Shown here piece after piece: positions 38,170 through 47,808 of a DNA stretch of 64,000 nt (its first letter is position 1; each line of letters opens with the position of its first letter). This DNA comes from Turneriella sp. (GTDB lineage Bacteria; Spirochaetota; Leptospiria; Turneriellales; Turneriellaceae), in assembly GCA_965279515.1 (NCBI GenBank), contig CBDIID010000003.1:4096001-4160000 (forward strand), written 5' to 3'. The notes below the pieces were generated by a model, which was not told the DNA's origin, made no database searches, and worked only from the letters and a program-made list of their open reading frames with translations. Position numbers and translations under genes: made by a program.

Positions 38170-38823
38170 TTATTTTTTCGCAGGTTCTGCCTTTGCCGCA
38201 TCGCCCGCCGCAGGTGCAGCAGCACCGGCAGCAGGAGCAGCGCCCGCCGCAGCCGCGGCTGGCGTCGCTTCTTCTTCTTTCGCCTGGTGCGTGACGTGGC
38301 AGATAACAGTCTGTGGATCCATGAGAATCTTCGAATCGGGCGGCAGCTTCACGTCGCTGACGTGTAAGCTATCGCCGATGCCGAGGTGAGAAATATCGAT
38401 CGTCAGGAATTCCGTGAGGTGTTTTGGGAAAGTTTCGTATGGAACTTCGGTCAGGAACACTTCCATGATACCACCGTCTTTCACGCCCTGTGCCTTACCT
38501 TCGATATGAACCGCAATGCGCGTACGGAGTTTTTCATCCTGAGAAACACGGTAGAAGTCGAGGTGTTGCAGAATTTCGCTGACCGGGTGTGACTGGTAAT
38601 CTTTGACGAAAACCTGTTCGATCTTGCCTTCGATGTCGAGGTCGATGAGCGTCGATTCTGAAATACCGTGCGCGAAAAGTTTGCGCGTGTCTTTTTCCAG
38701 GATCTGGATGTTTTCCGCTTTGCCGTGGTTATAGATGACCGCTGGAATGATGCCGGTGCGCAAGAGATTCTTGCCGCCGATTTTTCCGTCCCGTTTGGTC
38801 GCCTTGAGTGTCGCTTTTGCCAT
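38170..38823 (-). CDS. rplY: 50S ribosomal protein L25/Ctc
   Basis: IPAVIY, QSHPVS..HLDFY, GVKDGG. Confidence 0.92.
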   Translation of the reverse strand: MAKATLKATKRDGKIGGKNLLRTGIIPAVIYNHGKAENIQILEKDTRKLFAHGISESTLIDLDIEGKIEQVFVKDYQSHPVSEILQHLDFYRVSQDEKLRTRIAVHIEGKAQGVKDGGIMEVFLTEVPYETFPKHLTEFLTIDISHLGIGDSLHVSDVKLPPDSKILMDPQTVICHVTHQAKEEEATPAAAAAGAAPAAGAAAPAAGDAAKAEPAKK

Positions 38824-38837
38824 TTTATTCTCCCTTT

Positions 38838-39779
38838 TTACAAAAACAATGAACTGACGGATTTCTCTTCGTGGATACGCGCAATGGCCGTGGCGAAAAT
38901 CGAGCCTACGGACAGTACACGCATACGCGGGAACCGTTTTTCATCGGATATTTTAAGTGTATTTGTGACTACAACTTCGTCGATCGGGCTGCCGATCAGG
39001 TTCTGTATCGCGCTGCCCGAGAGCACACCGTGGGTGGCTGAGGCGATAATTTTCTGCGCGCCCTTTTCTTTAAGCGCGAGTGCGCCTTTGCAGATCGTGC
39101 CGGCGGTATCGATCATGTCGTCGATCAGCAGGCAGTTTTTGCCTTCAACGTTACCGACAATGTGCATGACCTCGGCTTCGTTCGCCCGCTCGCGGCGCTT
39201 GTCGATGATGGCCATGCTGGCGCCCAGCTGTTTGCCGAAGAAGCGCGCACGTTCTGCACCGCCGACATCGGGTGAGACGACGACGAGATCGTTCAGCGCG
39301 AGTTCTTTAAAATATTTGATGAGAATGGGGGCGCCGAAGAGATGGTCGACGGGAATTTCAAAAAAGCCCTGAATCTGGTTGGCGTGCAGATCCATCGTCA
39401 GCACGCGTTTGACGCCGATGGCTTCGAGCATCGTTGCCACGACTTTTGCCGAGATCGGCACGCGTGGCTCGACCTTACGGTCTTGTCGCGCATAACCGTA
39501 GTAGGGAATAACTGCAGTGATGCGGCGCGCCGAAGCGCGGCGTAAGGCATCGACGATCAGCATGAGTTCCATGAGGTTGTCGTTTGCCGGGTTAGATGTT
39601 GACTGGATCACGAATACGTCGGTGCCGCGCACGTTTTCAGAAATTTTGACAGAGATCTCGCCGTCGGAGAAACGTTTGATATCGACGCCGCCGAGCTTGA
39701 CGTTCATCGCTTCGCAGATTTCATTTGCGAGCTCGGTGTTCGAGCGTCCTGAGATAATTTTGAGTTCCGCTTCTACCAT
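38838..39779 (-). CDS. prs: Ribose-phosphate pyrophosphokinase
   Basis: FSDGE, YARQDRK, DLHA, IDDMIDTAGT. Confidence 0.96.
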   Translation of the reverse strand: MVEAELKIISGRSNTELANEICEAMNVKLGGVDIKRFSDGEISVKISENVRGTDVFVIQSTSNPANDNLMELMLIVDALRRASARRITAVIPYYGYARQDRKVEPRVPISAKVVATMLEAIGVKRVLTMDLHANQIQGFFEIPVDHLFGAPILIKYFKELALNDLVVVSPDVGGAERARFFGKQLGASMAIIDKRRERANEAEVMHIVGNVEGKNCLLIDDMIDTAGTICKGALALKEKGAQKIIASATHGVLSGSAIQNLIGSPIDEVVVTNTLKISDEKRFPRMRVLSVGSIFATAIARIHEEKSVSSLFL

Positions 39780-40510
39780 TATGATGCCAAGCCCACGAGA
39801 TCTTCCTGCGAGTTCACGCCGCGAAATTCATTCGCATGGGGATGCAGGTGCGCGGAAACTTTTTTTCCGTCGTTTAGAAGTATCTGTACAATGTCGGTGA
39901 GGTAATATTCGCCCTGTGAATTCTGCGGCTGAATTTTCTTCAGCGCCGGCCACAGGTCGCCACCTTTGAAAAAGAAAATACCCGTATTAACTTCATGGAT
40001 CATCTTCTGGTCATGTGAGGCGTCGCGTTCTTCGACAATCGCGCGGATGCCGTTTTCGGAGCGTACAATGCGGCCATACCCCGTCGGGTCATCGAGCTTC
40101 ATGGAGACCACCAGCGCTGACGGTAGAGCAGCCTTAAATTCGTTGGCGATCCCACTGAGGGTTTTTGCCTGAATGCCGGGTACATCACCCAGGCAAACAG
40201 CAATATCTTTGCCAGCGGGAACGCCCTCTTCGGCGGCGAGCAGGGCATGACCTGTACCCTTGGGTTCGCCCTGGTCGGCGAAATTGACTTTGAGCGCAGT
40301 GTTGGTGCGCGCCCAGACATTCACGGAATCGATCACGAGATCTTTCTTATAACTGACGACAACCGTGGCCGAGGTAAACCCTGCGGTTTGTACTTGGTCG
40401 AGAACATGCCAGAGCAGCGGGCGACCGCTCAATACATGCAAAACCTTCGGCAGGTCGCTCTGCATACGCTTTCCGCGACCGGCCGCCAAAATGACGGCAT
40501 GAATATCCAT
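39779..40510 (-). CDS. glmU: GlmU-like nucleotidyltransferase (uridyltransferase domain only)
   Basis: ILAAGRGKRMQSDLPKVLH, GTGHA, TGYGRI, EVNTG, EYYLTD, GVNS; no hexapeptide acetyltransferase domain. Confidence 0.8.
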   Translation of the reverse strand: MDIHAVILAAGRGKRMQSDLPKVLHVLSGRPLLWHVLDQVQTAGFTSATVVVSYKKDLVIDSVNVWARTNTALKVNFADQGEPKGTGHALLAAEEGVPAGKDIAVCLGDVPGIQAKTLSGIANEFKAALPSALVVSMKLDDPTGYGRIVRSENGIRAIVEERDASHDQKMIHEVNTGIFFFKGGDLWPALKKIQPQNSQGEYYLTDIVQILLNDGKKVSAHLHPHANEFRGVNSQEDLVGLAS

Positions 40511-40563
40511 GGAAACTGTGGCTAAAACATGGGTTTCAGACACCCTGTAAAGACTTTAGCCGG

Positions 40564-40986
40564 TCAGATATCGAGTTCGCCGCGGCTATCAAAGGGAAAG
40601 AACGGATTATAGGCAATTTCAATCAAATTGCCGTCAAAATCGGCCGCATAACCCGAATAGCCGCCCCAAAACACCTTCTCGGGCGGCTTTACGCCCTTCG
40701 CGCCCAGTGCGATTGCTTCTTTATAGAGGGTGTCAACTTCTGCCTCAGAGCGGGCGTTATGCGCCAGGGAAAAGCCCCGGTAGCTGCCGCAGTCATTTTT
40801 AACTTTGGCGTCTTCTGCCAGGGCATCGAGGCCAAAGAGCCCGAGCGCGATGCCATCCAGTTTCAGAAACACCACAGCTTCCTGGCTTTGTTTCGAACGC
40901 TTCGTCTCAAAAAGTTTTTCGTAGAAGGTTGCCGACTGTTCCAGATTTTTTACTCCGAGGGTTAAGAGGTGAATGCGGGGCTGCAT
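40564..40986 (-). CDS. VOC/glyoxalase family protein
   Basis: TLGV..L..S..FY, FWGGYSGY..D.DG..IE. Confidence 0.88.
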   Translation of the reverse strand: MQPRIHLLTLGVKNLEQSATFYEKLFETKRSKQSQEAVVFLKLDGIALGLFGLDALAEDAKVKNDCGSYRGFSLAHNARSEAEVDTLYKEAIALGAKGVKPPEKVFWGGYSGYAADFDGNLIEIAYNPFFPFDSRGELDI

Positions 40987-41073
40987 TGCGCAAAGTAGGA
41001 TGTTTCCCCGCGGTGAAAACTGTTATCCTGCTTCATGCTCTTTACAACGCAAGTGTCTATGCAGTTACAACCC

Positions 41074-41625
41074 ATGCATTTTTCCGCCGCTTTGCCCCGG
41101 ATTTCCTTTTTCGTATTGCTCTCTGCAGCCCTCTGGGCCGGTGAAACTGCGCAAGCGAAGTTGCGCACAGAATACACCTCACTCGAAACCAAAAACTGCA
41201 AGGCCCTGAAGTCGGGGGCCGAAGACAGCTATGCCGGCCGCTGCAAGGGTGTCGCCGGCTACCAGCTGGAATTGCTCGAAGGCGACCTGCGGCAATCGCT
41301 CAATATTATTAATCCTGCGAAGAAGAAGACAGAACTGAATTTATGGCATTCGGTTTCCGGCGGTTTTTCCACCATAGGCGATAAGGCCGAATGGCGGCTG
41401 GAGAATGACGGTAAGAAGGATATCCCCCGTGCGCTGATTGTGCGCTTTAACGCTTCAGAAAATCCCGAAGATTCGACCAAGATCACTTCGTATCTGGTGG
41501 TCATCAAAATCACTGCCGGTGAAATTTGCGTGACCGACATTGTGAAGCCTAAGGCAAAACAGAACGAAGAGGCGCGCAGCCTTTCTGACACAGCTGCACA
41601 CCGGCCGTGCAAAAAGAGCGAGTAG
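41074..41625 (+). CDS. Secreted hypothetical protein
   Basis: Signal peptide; YTSL...C, C.G..GY, GDLRQS, EWR, four Cys; start uncertain. Confidence 0.6.
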   Translation: MHFSAALPRISFFVLLSAALWAGETAQAKLRTEYTSLETKNCKALKSGAEDSYAGRCKGVAGYQLELLEGDLRQSLNIINPAKKKTELNLWHSVSGGFSTIGDKAEWRLENDGKKDIPRALIVRFNASENPEDSTKITSYLVVIKITAGEICVTDIVKPKAKQNEEARSLSDTAAHRPCKKSE

Positions 41626-41631
41626 TCCTGT

Positions 41632-42837
41632 TTACGGTTCGGCTGCGTTTCCGGACATCACAAATGGCGCGGGCTTCGAAAGCCGCGCCGCCTTCTTCGC
41701 GATAATCTCATCCGAATACTTGCGCAGGTAGTGTACGATGGTCTCGATACGGATTTTAATCCCCCCTGACGGCTTTGTCGAATCCAGATCGCCAAATTTG
41801 AAAAACAGCGTGCCCGAAGCCTCGACGGTCTTCTGCGTCGGCGTGTATGTCGGCTGGTCCATGCCGCACTCATAGCTCGAAAGCCGTATCACGCAAGTGA
41901 TATTCGGGCAGCGCGCGGCGACGTTGGCACCCCACATGATTTCGTTCGTGTTTGAGCTATAAGACGAGGTCCAGATATTCGAGATGTCGAAGGCCGATTT
42001 CATTTCACCCGCGCGTATCTCGTCGCCAAAGAGCCAATCCATGATGTCTTCGTCGACGGGAAAATATTGCAGCCAGAGAATGGAATAACCCTGCGACTGC
42101 AGCTCGACTTCGATCTCGTGGCCGATGCCCGAATCCATGTGGTAGGGGCGCGCGAGCACCATGACGACGGGTTTGTTTTCGCGGTATGCTTTTTCGAGCA
42201 CTGCACGGCTTTCAGCGCGCGCCTTCTCGTTAAAACGTTTCAGCGCATCGAAACCGCGCGCCACCGCACGCTCGGTTTCTGCATGCGTGAGGTTGAAGGT
42301 CTCTTTGAGCGCCGTAAAAAGCTGAGTCGTCACAACTTTGGGATGTTCCCCGAGGGACACAAATGGCGTCGTGTATGCAATATTATTCTCTTTAAAGATA
42401 TCTCTCTCTTTGAGAAATCCGGACTTGATGTTCTCGGGGCCAGCCATGACGCGCGGGCAAGACAAGGTTCCCTGCACATGGCCCTGCATGAACGAAGGGA
42501 GATCATGGATCATCGGCGATAAGACGATGTCGACCTTCTTGCGCTTTGAGAATACAAGCTCGCCATAATGACCGCTGATGCACTTCACCGGGTAACAGCA
42601 ATCCACAGTTCCCCGGCCTTTGCCGAATTCCCGCCCTTGCTCTTCCGAAGTCTCTGAGCTGAAGATAATGTTTTCAGACTTGATTCCCAGCTCGCGCAGA
42701 AAACCGATCCAGAACTGGTGGGTGTTCCAGACGTTGAGGACTCGTGGGATGCCTACCCTGAGCTCGGCGCGTGCACTGTTACCTTTAGGCGACGGGTTGG
42801 TGCCCGCGCCGCTGTCACGTTTGAAGAACTTAAGCAT
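41632..42837 (-). CDS. Acyl-CoA dehydratase activase-related Fe-S subunit (DUF2229-like)
   Basis: VGIPRVLN, CYPVKC..GH, CP, RPYH.D.GI.H, SYECGMD, IRIET. Confidence 0.8.
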   Translation of the reverse strand: MLKFFKRDSGAGTNPSPKGNSARAELRVGIPRVLNVWNTHQFWIGFLRELGIKSENIIFSSETSEEQGREFGKGRGTVDCCYPVKCISGHYGELVFSKRKKVDIVLSPMIHDLPSFMQGHVQGTLSCPRVMAGPENIKSGFLKERDIFKENNIAYTTPFVSLGEHPKVVTTQLFTALKETFNLTHAETERAVARGFDALKRFNEKARAESRAVLEKAYRENKPVVMVLARPYHMDSGIGHEIEVELQSQGYSILWLQYFPVDEDIMDWLFGDEIRAGEMKSAFDISNIWTSSYSSNTNEIMWGANVAARCPNITCVIRLSSYECGMDQPTYTPTQKTVEASGTLFFKFGDLDSTKPSGGIKIRIETIVHYLRKYSDEIIAKKAARLSKPAPFVMSGNAAEP

Positions 42838-45055
42838 ATTCAATCTCCTTGAACGCCTCTTTGCGAACCAGTTCACCGATATTGGGGTAGGCCGCCTTGG
42901 TCTTATCCATCTCGGTTTTGATGATCTTCATCTCATTCTTGTCTTCGACGAGTCCCTTGGGGCATGAATTGTTTGTAATCACACGCTCCCAACCGGCCGC
43001 CACCGGAATCTTGCTCCATTCACGGCCGGCACTGCCTTCGAGCTCGACGTCGATAAACGTGCGCTTGCAGCTGACCGGGCACCAGGTACAGATGGTATCG
43101 CTGTTGGTTGTCGTTTTATAGGTCAGCTTCTCGATCACACGAAAGCCGCGAAAGCTCGATACCTTACCGCGTTTGTATTCGTCGATGGCGCAGAGCCCTG
43201 CACCGATCGCTCCGGCTTCGCCCGAGTAGGGATGCACTACCACTTCGGCGTCCGGAACCTTCGAACGGATGAAATCCACCTGGGCTTTCACAACCGCGAG
43301 GTTGCGGTGCGTGCCGCCTTGCAGAATGAATTTTTTACCGACGGCCGCGAGATTGTTGAAACCGCCGGCATAGACCCAGCAGTTGAGCGGCATAATGCCC
43401 GCCAAACCCGCCATGATCTCTTCGGCGCTCCAGCCCTTGCGCTGCTGGTTAACGATATCGCTCTGCAAGAAAACGCCGCAGCCCATCGAGAGTTGCGGGC
43501 GCGATTCGGCCTGGAATGCGCGGTCGGCGTATTCATGGAGGGGGACTGAATAGCGTTCGGCAACACCTTGCAAAAAAGCGCCGTTGCCTGAGCTGCACTG
43601 CGAGTTCAGGCGAAAGTCTGTGACGGCGCCCAGCTTGATGAGCATGATTTTCACGTCGACGCCGCCCACGTCGCAAATGCAGTCGGCGTCGGGGAAATAT
43701 TTCAGCGCCGCTGTGGCATGGGCCACGGTTTCGACAACGGGGGCATCGGCGCCGATGATGTTGCGGAGCAGGTCTTTACCATAGCCGGTGATGCCGACGC
43801 CGAGAATTTTGGTATAACCAGCCGCCTCGACCTGCTCAAAGAGTTTTTTCGCATCTTCGATTGGGTTGCCCTTCGAGAGCGCATAGCACGAGAACAGCAC
43901 ATCGCCCCCTGCGGAAAGGCAGACAGCCTTCGCGGTCGTTGAGCCGAAGTCGCAACCGAGGATCGCCGTCAACCCCACCCCCGGCCCCTCCCCACCATGT
44001 GGAGAGGGGAGTGTGTGGTCCCCCCTCTCGATGTTAATGGGGAGGGGGCTAGGGGGTGGGGTGGGTATACTGCGCTGCGTGTCGCCGTATTCACTCTTAA
44101 AATTCGTCAGTTCGTCGATATTGGCCCACAGCCCGGTCGAACCCGACTTCTTTTTCTCGGCATGCTGGCCTTCGTCGAGCCACCATTGCAGCTTTTCACG
44201 GCCTGTGTAGAGACCGACATCTGTAGCTTCAGATTTTGCCACTTCGATGCATCCCAACGCCGCATAGTAGAGCGCTTCATCGGGAATCAGAATGAGCTCA
44301 TCAATGGATTTACCTTCGGGCAGCTTCACCTTGCGCTCTGCCCAGAGTTTGCCGAGGTGGTGTTTCCACGCCTCTTGTAGGCCTTTGAAGAACATGTTGG
44401 GCCCGCCCAAAAGCAGCACTTCGGGCATGGGCGTATTGCCTTTGGTGAGCGTCGAAAGGTTCTGGTAGACCACGGCTTCGAATAAACTCGCGATAATTTC
44501 TTCAATCGCGACACCGGCCTTCACCAGCGTGTTGGAATCCGCCTCGGCAAAGATACCGCATTTCGATGAGATCTTGTGCAGGGTATAGTTGTTATAGCCC
44601 ATCGTTGTCAGCTGGTCGACCACACCAAGCTTGCGCGCCGTCTTCTCGACGAAGGTGCCGGTGCCGCCCGAGCAGGCGCTCTGCATCAGCACCTGTTTGT
44701 TCTTGGATTCGGCATTACCGGTGAAGAAGATCGTCTTCATATCTTCGCCGCCTATCTCGCTCACGAACTGTACGTTCGGGTGGAGCTTTTCCACGGCCGC
44801 CGCCACCGCGACGACTTCCTGGATAATCTTGCCGCCGACCTGCGGTGCGATAAAGCCCGAGCCCGAGCCGGTGAAATAGACGCGGTCGCGTCCCGGTGTC
44901 AGGCCGTGTTCCGCCTCGAGTTTACCCAGAAACTCGAGCACCTTTTCGGCCTGCTTGCTGTTGTGTCGGCCATACTCGCGCGCGATGATATTACCATCGT
45001 CGTCGACCAGAGTATACTTACAGGTGGTCGAACCTGCATCGACGCCGAGTATCAT
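42830..45055 (-). CDS. Tandem BadF/BcrA-type ATPase activator (HAD/BCR activase)
   Basis: Two ASKHA domains: GVDAGSTT..IGGED..CSGGTG..CGIFA and DFGSTT..TGYG..DVGGVD..CSSGNG..CGVF; C-terminal CxxC...C cluster. Confidence 0.88.
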   Translation of the reverse strand: MILGVDAGSTTCKYTLVDDDGNIIAREYGRHNSKQAEKVLEFLGKLEAEHGLTPGRDRVYFTGSGSGFIAPQVGGKIIQEVVAVAAAVEKLHPNVQFVSEIGGEDMKTIFFTGNAESKNKQVLMQSACSGGTGTFVEKTARKLGVVDQLTTMGYNNYTLHKISSKCGIFAEADSNTLVKAGVAIEEIIASLFEAVVYQNLSTLTKGNTPMPEVLLLGGPNMFFKGLQEAWKHHLGKLWAERKVKLPEGKSIDELILIPDEALYYAALGCIEVAKSEATDVGLYTGREKLQWWLDEGQHAEKKKSGSTGLWANIDELTNFKSEYGDTQRSIPTPPPSPLPINIERGDHTLPSPHGGEGPGVGLTAILGCDFGSTTAKAVCLSAGGDVLFSCYALSKGNPIEDAKKLFEQVEAAGYTKILGVGITGYGKDLLRNIIGADAPVVETVAHATAALKYFPDADCICDVGGVDVKIMLIKLGAVTDFRLNSQCSSGNGAFLQGVAERYSVPLHEYADRAFQAESRPQLSMGCGVFLQSDIVNQQRKGWSAEEIMAGLAGIMPLNCWVYAGGFNNLAAVGKKFILQGGTHRNLAVVKAQVDFIRSKVPDAEVVVHPYSGEAGAIGAGLCAIDEYKRGKVSSFRGFRVIEKLTYKTTTNSDTICTWCPVSCKRTFIDVELEGSAGREWSKIPVAAGWERVITNNSCPKGLVEDKNEMKIIKTEMDKTKAAYPNIGELVRKEAFKEIEYA
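43972..44062. repeat. G/C-rich palindromic element inside the activase gene
   Basis: Terminal inverted repeat 43972-43994 / 44038-44062 with inner hairpins; read in frame as PTPPPSPLPINIERGDHTLPSPHGGEGPGVG. Confidence 0.7.
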
Positions 45056-46659
45056 CCGAGTTTACCATAGACCGAGCTCTCTTTATAAGAGCTCTTGATC
45101 CCCATTCTCTTCGCGATGTGGATGGCATAGTTCGCCGCCGTGCCTGCGACGCCATAGTGCGGAATGCGGTACGTTGCCTGGCGCAGCTCAGGGTGTTTCA
45201 CCTCGCATTCACGGATTTTTTCTTCTGTCAGGCCAAGCCCTGAAAGTACCTTGTCGTACTCCGCCTGCGAGCGTTTGCGCGCTTCGGTCAGAATCATCTG
45301 GCAGCGCGAGATGGCATGTACTTCGGCGTCGCCCTTCACTTCGATGGGAGCATAGAGCAGATCGGGATATTTACCCTGCACATTCGCCATGGCGCCGATC
45401 GACATTGTGTTCGGCATGCACGAGTAAGGAGAGAGTTCGCAGATCATGTGCGCGGTCTTTTTCTGGTATGCCATGATCGATTTGCCGACAAGCATGTCGC
45501 CTTCGCCGCCCGAAAGCCGCATATGAAAATACGGCTCGGCGAGCTTGCGGATCTCGTATTGATCGGGCACATAGTAAGGGATATATCCTATCGCCTTGCG
45601 CAGGCGGTTGTAGAGATAGTGCAGCATCTTTTGCGCCATCTTACCGAGCCAGATCTTGAAGCCGGCATACTTCGTGACTTCGCGGCGCGCTTCGAGCGTC
45701 TGTACCAAATCGGCTCGAATCAGGTAATCAATCCACACCACAATCGGCGGCGGAATGAGTTCGGCGCCTTCTTTCTCGAGCCAGCGTTTGATATTGTAGT
45801 TGCCGTCGCCTTCATGCGTCTGCAGCCAGAACTCACCGGTGATTTTTACCTTCGGCTTCATGCGCAGGCGATCGACCTCGATAGTTGCCCATTTCTTGCC
45901 AACTTCCTTCAGAGCATTCTGGAAATACGAGGTCGTCAGGTTCCAAAGCAGCGATCCCCATTTCTTACCCACGATGGGGCGGTTCTTGAAAACGCCATAG
46001 AGATAGTCGGCGCATTCTTTCAGCACCCGATCGGTTGTGCCCGGCACGACTTCATAGGGCCGCGTGATGTACTCGAGATCGGTGAGGATGTCACCCATGA
46101 GCACAGCCATGTACGCCGCGGTGGTGAATGGCATCGACATATCGATGGCGCCGCCTTCGGTTTCGCCCTGATCCATTTTGTCCTGCGCCAAGAGGAAGAT
46201 GCGGAAGTCTTTGAGACCCATGGCATCGAGCGCCATGTTGTACGATTCATGGTACTGGCCGAAACGGCAGGCACCGCAGGCTCCCGCGGTGAGGTAGGCA
46301 TACTTGTTCACGGCGGCATCTTTGCCTTCGGTTTCAACTTTTTTCTTTAAGAAGTTTGCTAAGTTGCCGGTGACAAAGGTCGTCGGGCAGCAGGCGCCGG
46401 CATCGATCATCTCTTTGCCGGTGTCGAGGTCGGCGCGCTCGACGTTGGGTAGCGCCTCGGCCTTGAGGCCCATGTTCTGGAACGCACCTTCGAGCAGGCG
46501 TTCGTGCTTCCAGGTTAGCCCGCCGAAGAGGAAGGTGACGTCTTTGCGCTGATCTTTTGTCAGGGGTCTCGCTTTATAAGCCCGGTACGGCTCGAATTTC
46601 TCCTTTTGTGAAATGGCTCCGCTCTTGAGTTCCGGCGCCTCGGCAACGGGATTTTTCAT
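45052..46659 (-). CDS. 2-hydroxyacyl-CoA dehydratase/reductase-like Fe-S subunit (PlsR-like)
   Basis: ACCPT...G, GACGACRFGQY, RPYE, ITGE, GGEG, PYSCMPN; start at MKNPVAE. Confidence 0.8.
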   Translation of the reverse strand: MKNPVAEAPELKSGAISQKEKFEPYRAYKARPLTKDQRKDVTFLFGGLTWKHERLLEGAFQNMGLKAEALPNVERADLDTGKEMIDAGACCPTTFVTGNLANFLKKKVETEGKDAAVNKYAYLTAGACGACRFGQYHESYNMALDAMGLKDFRIFLLAQDKMDQGETEGGAIDMSMPFTTAAYMAVLMGDILTDLEYITRPYEVVPGTTDRVLKECADYLYGVFKNRPIVGKKWGSLLWNLTTSYFQNALKEVGKKWATIEVDRLRMKPKVKITGEFWLQTHEGDGNYNIKRWLEKEGAELIPPPIVVWIDYLIRADLVQTLEARREVTKYAGFKIWLGKMAQKMLHYLYNRLRKAIGYIPYYVPDQYEIRKLAEPYFHMRLSGGEGDMLVGKSIMAYQKKTAHMICELSPYSCMPNTMSIGAMANVQGKYPDLLYAPIEVKGDAEVHAISRCQMILTEARKRSQAEYDKVLSGLGLTEEKIRECEVKHPELRQATYRIPHYGVAGTAANYAIHIAKRMGIKSSYKESSVYGKLG

Positions 46660-46776
46660 GGTGCTCTCCTTGGTCGGTAAAATACCGCCATCGCAGGCGA
46701 TGACAGTTGAGTCTACCAAAAAGCATGCCATTACCCAGTTTGTCAATGAAAAATGGATAATAAATGACGATTCAGT

Positions 46777-47808
46777 CTATTTCGTTTTAAGAATGATTTT
46801 GCCGGTCGAGTTGCCTGATTCGAGCAGGCGATGGGCTTCGGCCACATTTTCCAGAGGGATTTCGGTAATGGCGGGGGCCTGCAGCTTGCCCGCCGCGAGC
46901 CATGCTGAAAGTTCAACCATCGCCTCATTGAGCAGGTCGGTGCGCGAGAACAGAAAAGAGATGTTGAAGCCGCTGACGGTCTTGTTGCTGCTCAGCATCT
47001 GCAAGGGATTAAAGCGCGGCGTTTTCCACAGTCCCCAGGCGGCTTTGAGGTAATTGATCCGTCCGCCTTTTTTCGGCAAGAGCGAATGCGAGCCGTAAAC
47101 AATCAACTTTCCCGTTGCTGCGAGGTGCTCGTAACTTTTCGCCAGCGTGGTATAGCCGTTAGCGTCCATGATAGCGTCGTAGCCATCCGGTGCCAGGGCC
47201 GCGGCGCGCGCCCAGAGATCTTCACTGCTTTTGTCTATGACCTCGTGCGCGCCGAAATTGCGGGCAAAATCCACTTTATGGCGGGCACCGACGACCCCGA
47301 CCGTGGTAAAACCCGCAATCCGGCAAAGTTGGAGTAGCGCCGAACCCACGCCGCCGGCCGCCGAATGGATCAGAATTTTTCCGCCGCGGCGGATGCGCAC
47401 GAGCTGAAAGAGCGCATGGTAGGCAGTCATGTGCACCGCGGGAAATCCCGCGGCCTGTGGCATGCTTAGCTTTTCGGGCAGCGCATATACCTGGTGGGAT
47501 GGCACGCAGACATGGGTGGCATACCCGCCAAAAAAGCTGATGCCGAAAACTTTGCTGCCGACTTCGTGTTTTGCCGCGGCGCCTTTCGCGACAACAGTTC
47601 CCGAAAATTCAAAACCCGGCGTGATTGGCCAGCCGACAAATTTTCTCGCTGACTCATATACGCCCCAGCGCACCGCGCAGTCGGCGTAGTTGACACCAAC
47701 CGCTTGGGTCTCAACGACGACTTCATTTTCCGCAGGGATAGGATCGGGAAAATTTTCCAGGCGGAGTTTCTCATAACCGCCGGGAGAGTGGATGACAATT
47801 TTCTTCAC
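46777..47808 (-). CDS. MDR-family NADPH oxidoreductase (VAT-1/QOR-like)
   Basis: GVNYAD, PGFEFSG, HSAAGGVG, GKIIL. Confidence 0.88.
   Translation of the reverse strand: MKKIVIHSPGGYEKLRLENFPDPIPAENEVVVETQAVGVNYADCAVRWGVYESARKFVGWPITPGFEFSGTVVAKGAAAKHEVGSKVFGISFFGGYATHVCVPSHQVYALPEKLSMPQAAGFPAVHMTAYHALFQLVRIRRGGKILIHSAAGGVGSALLQLCRIAGFTTVGVVGARHKVDFARNFGAHEVIDKSSEDLWARAAALAPDGYDAIMDANGYTTLAKSYEHLAATGKLIVYGSHSLLPKKGGRINYLKAAWGLWKTPRFNPLQMLSSNKTVSGFNISFLFSRTDLLNEAMVELSAWLAAGKLQAPAITEIPLENVAEAHRLLESGNSTGKIILKTK

Noticed and set aside
38170..38280. Ala/Pro-rich repeat
   Set aside because: Ordinary low-complexity tail of L25/Ctc
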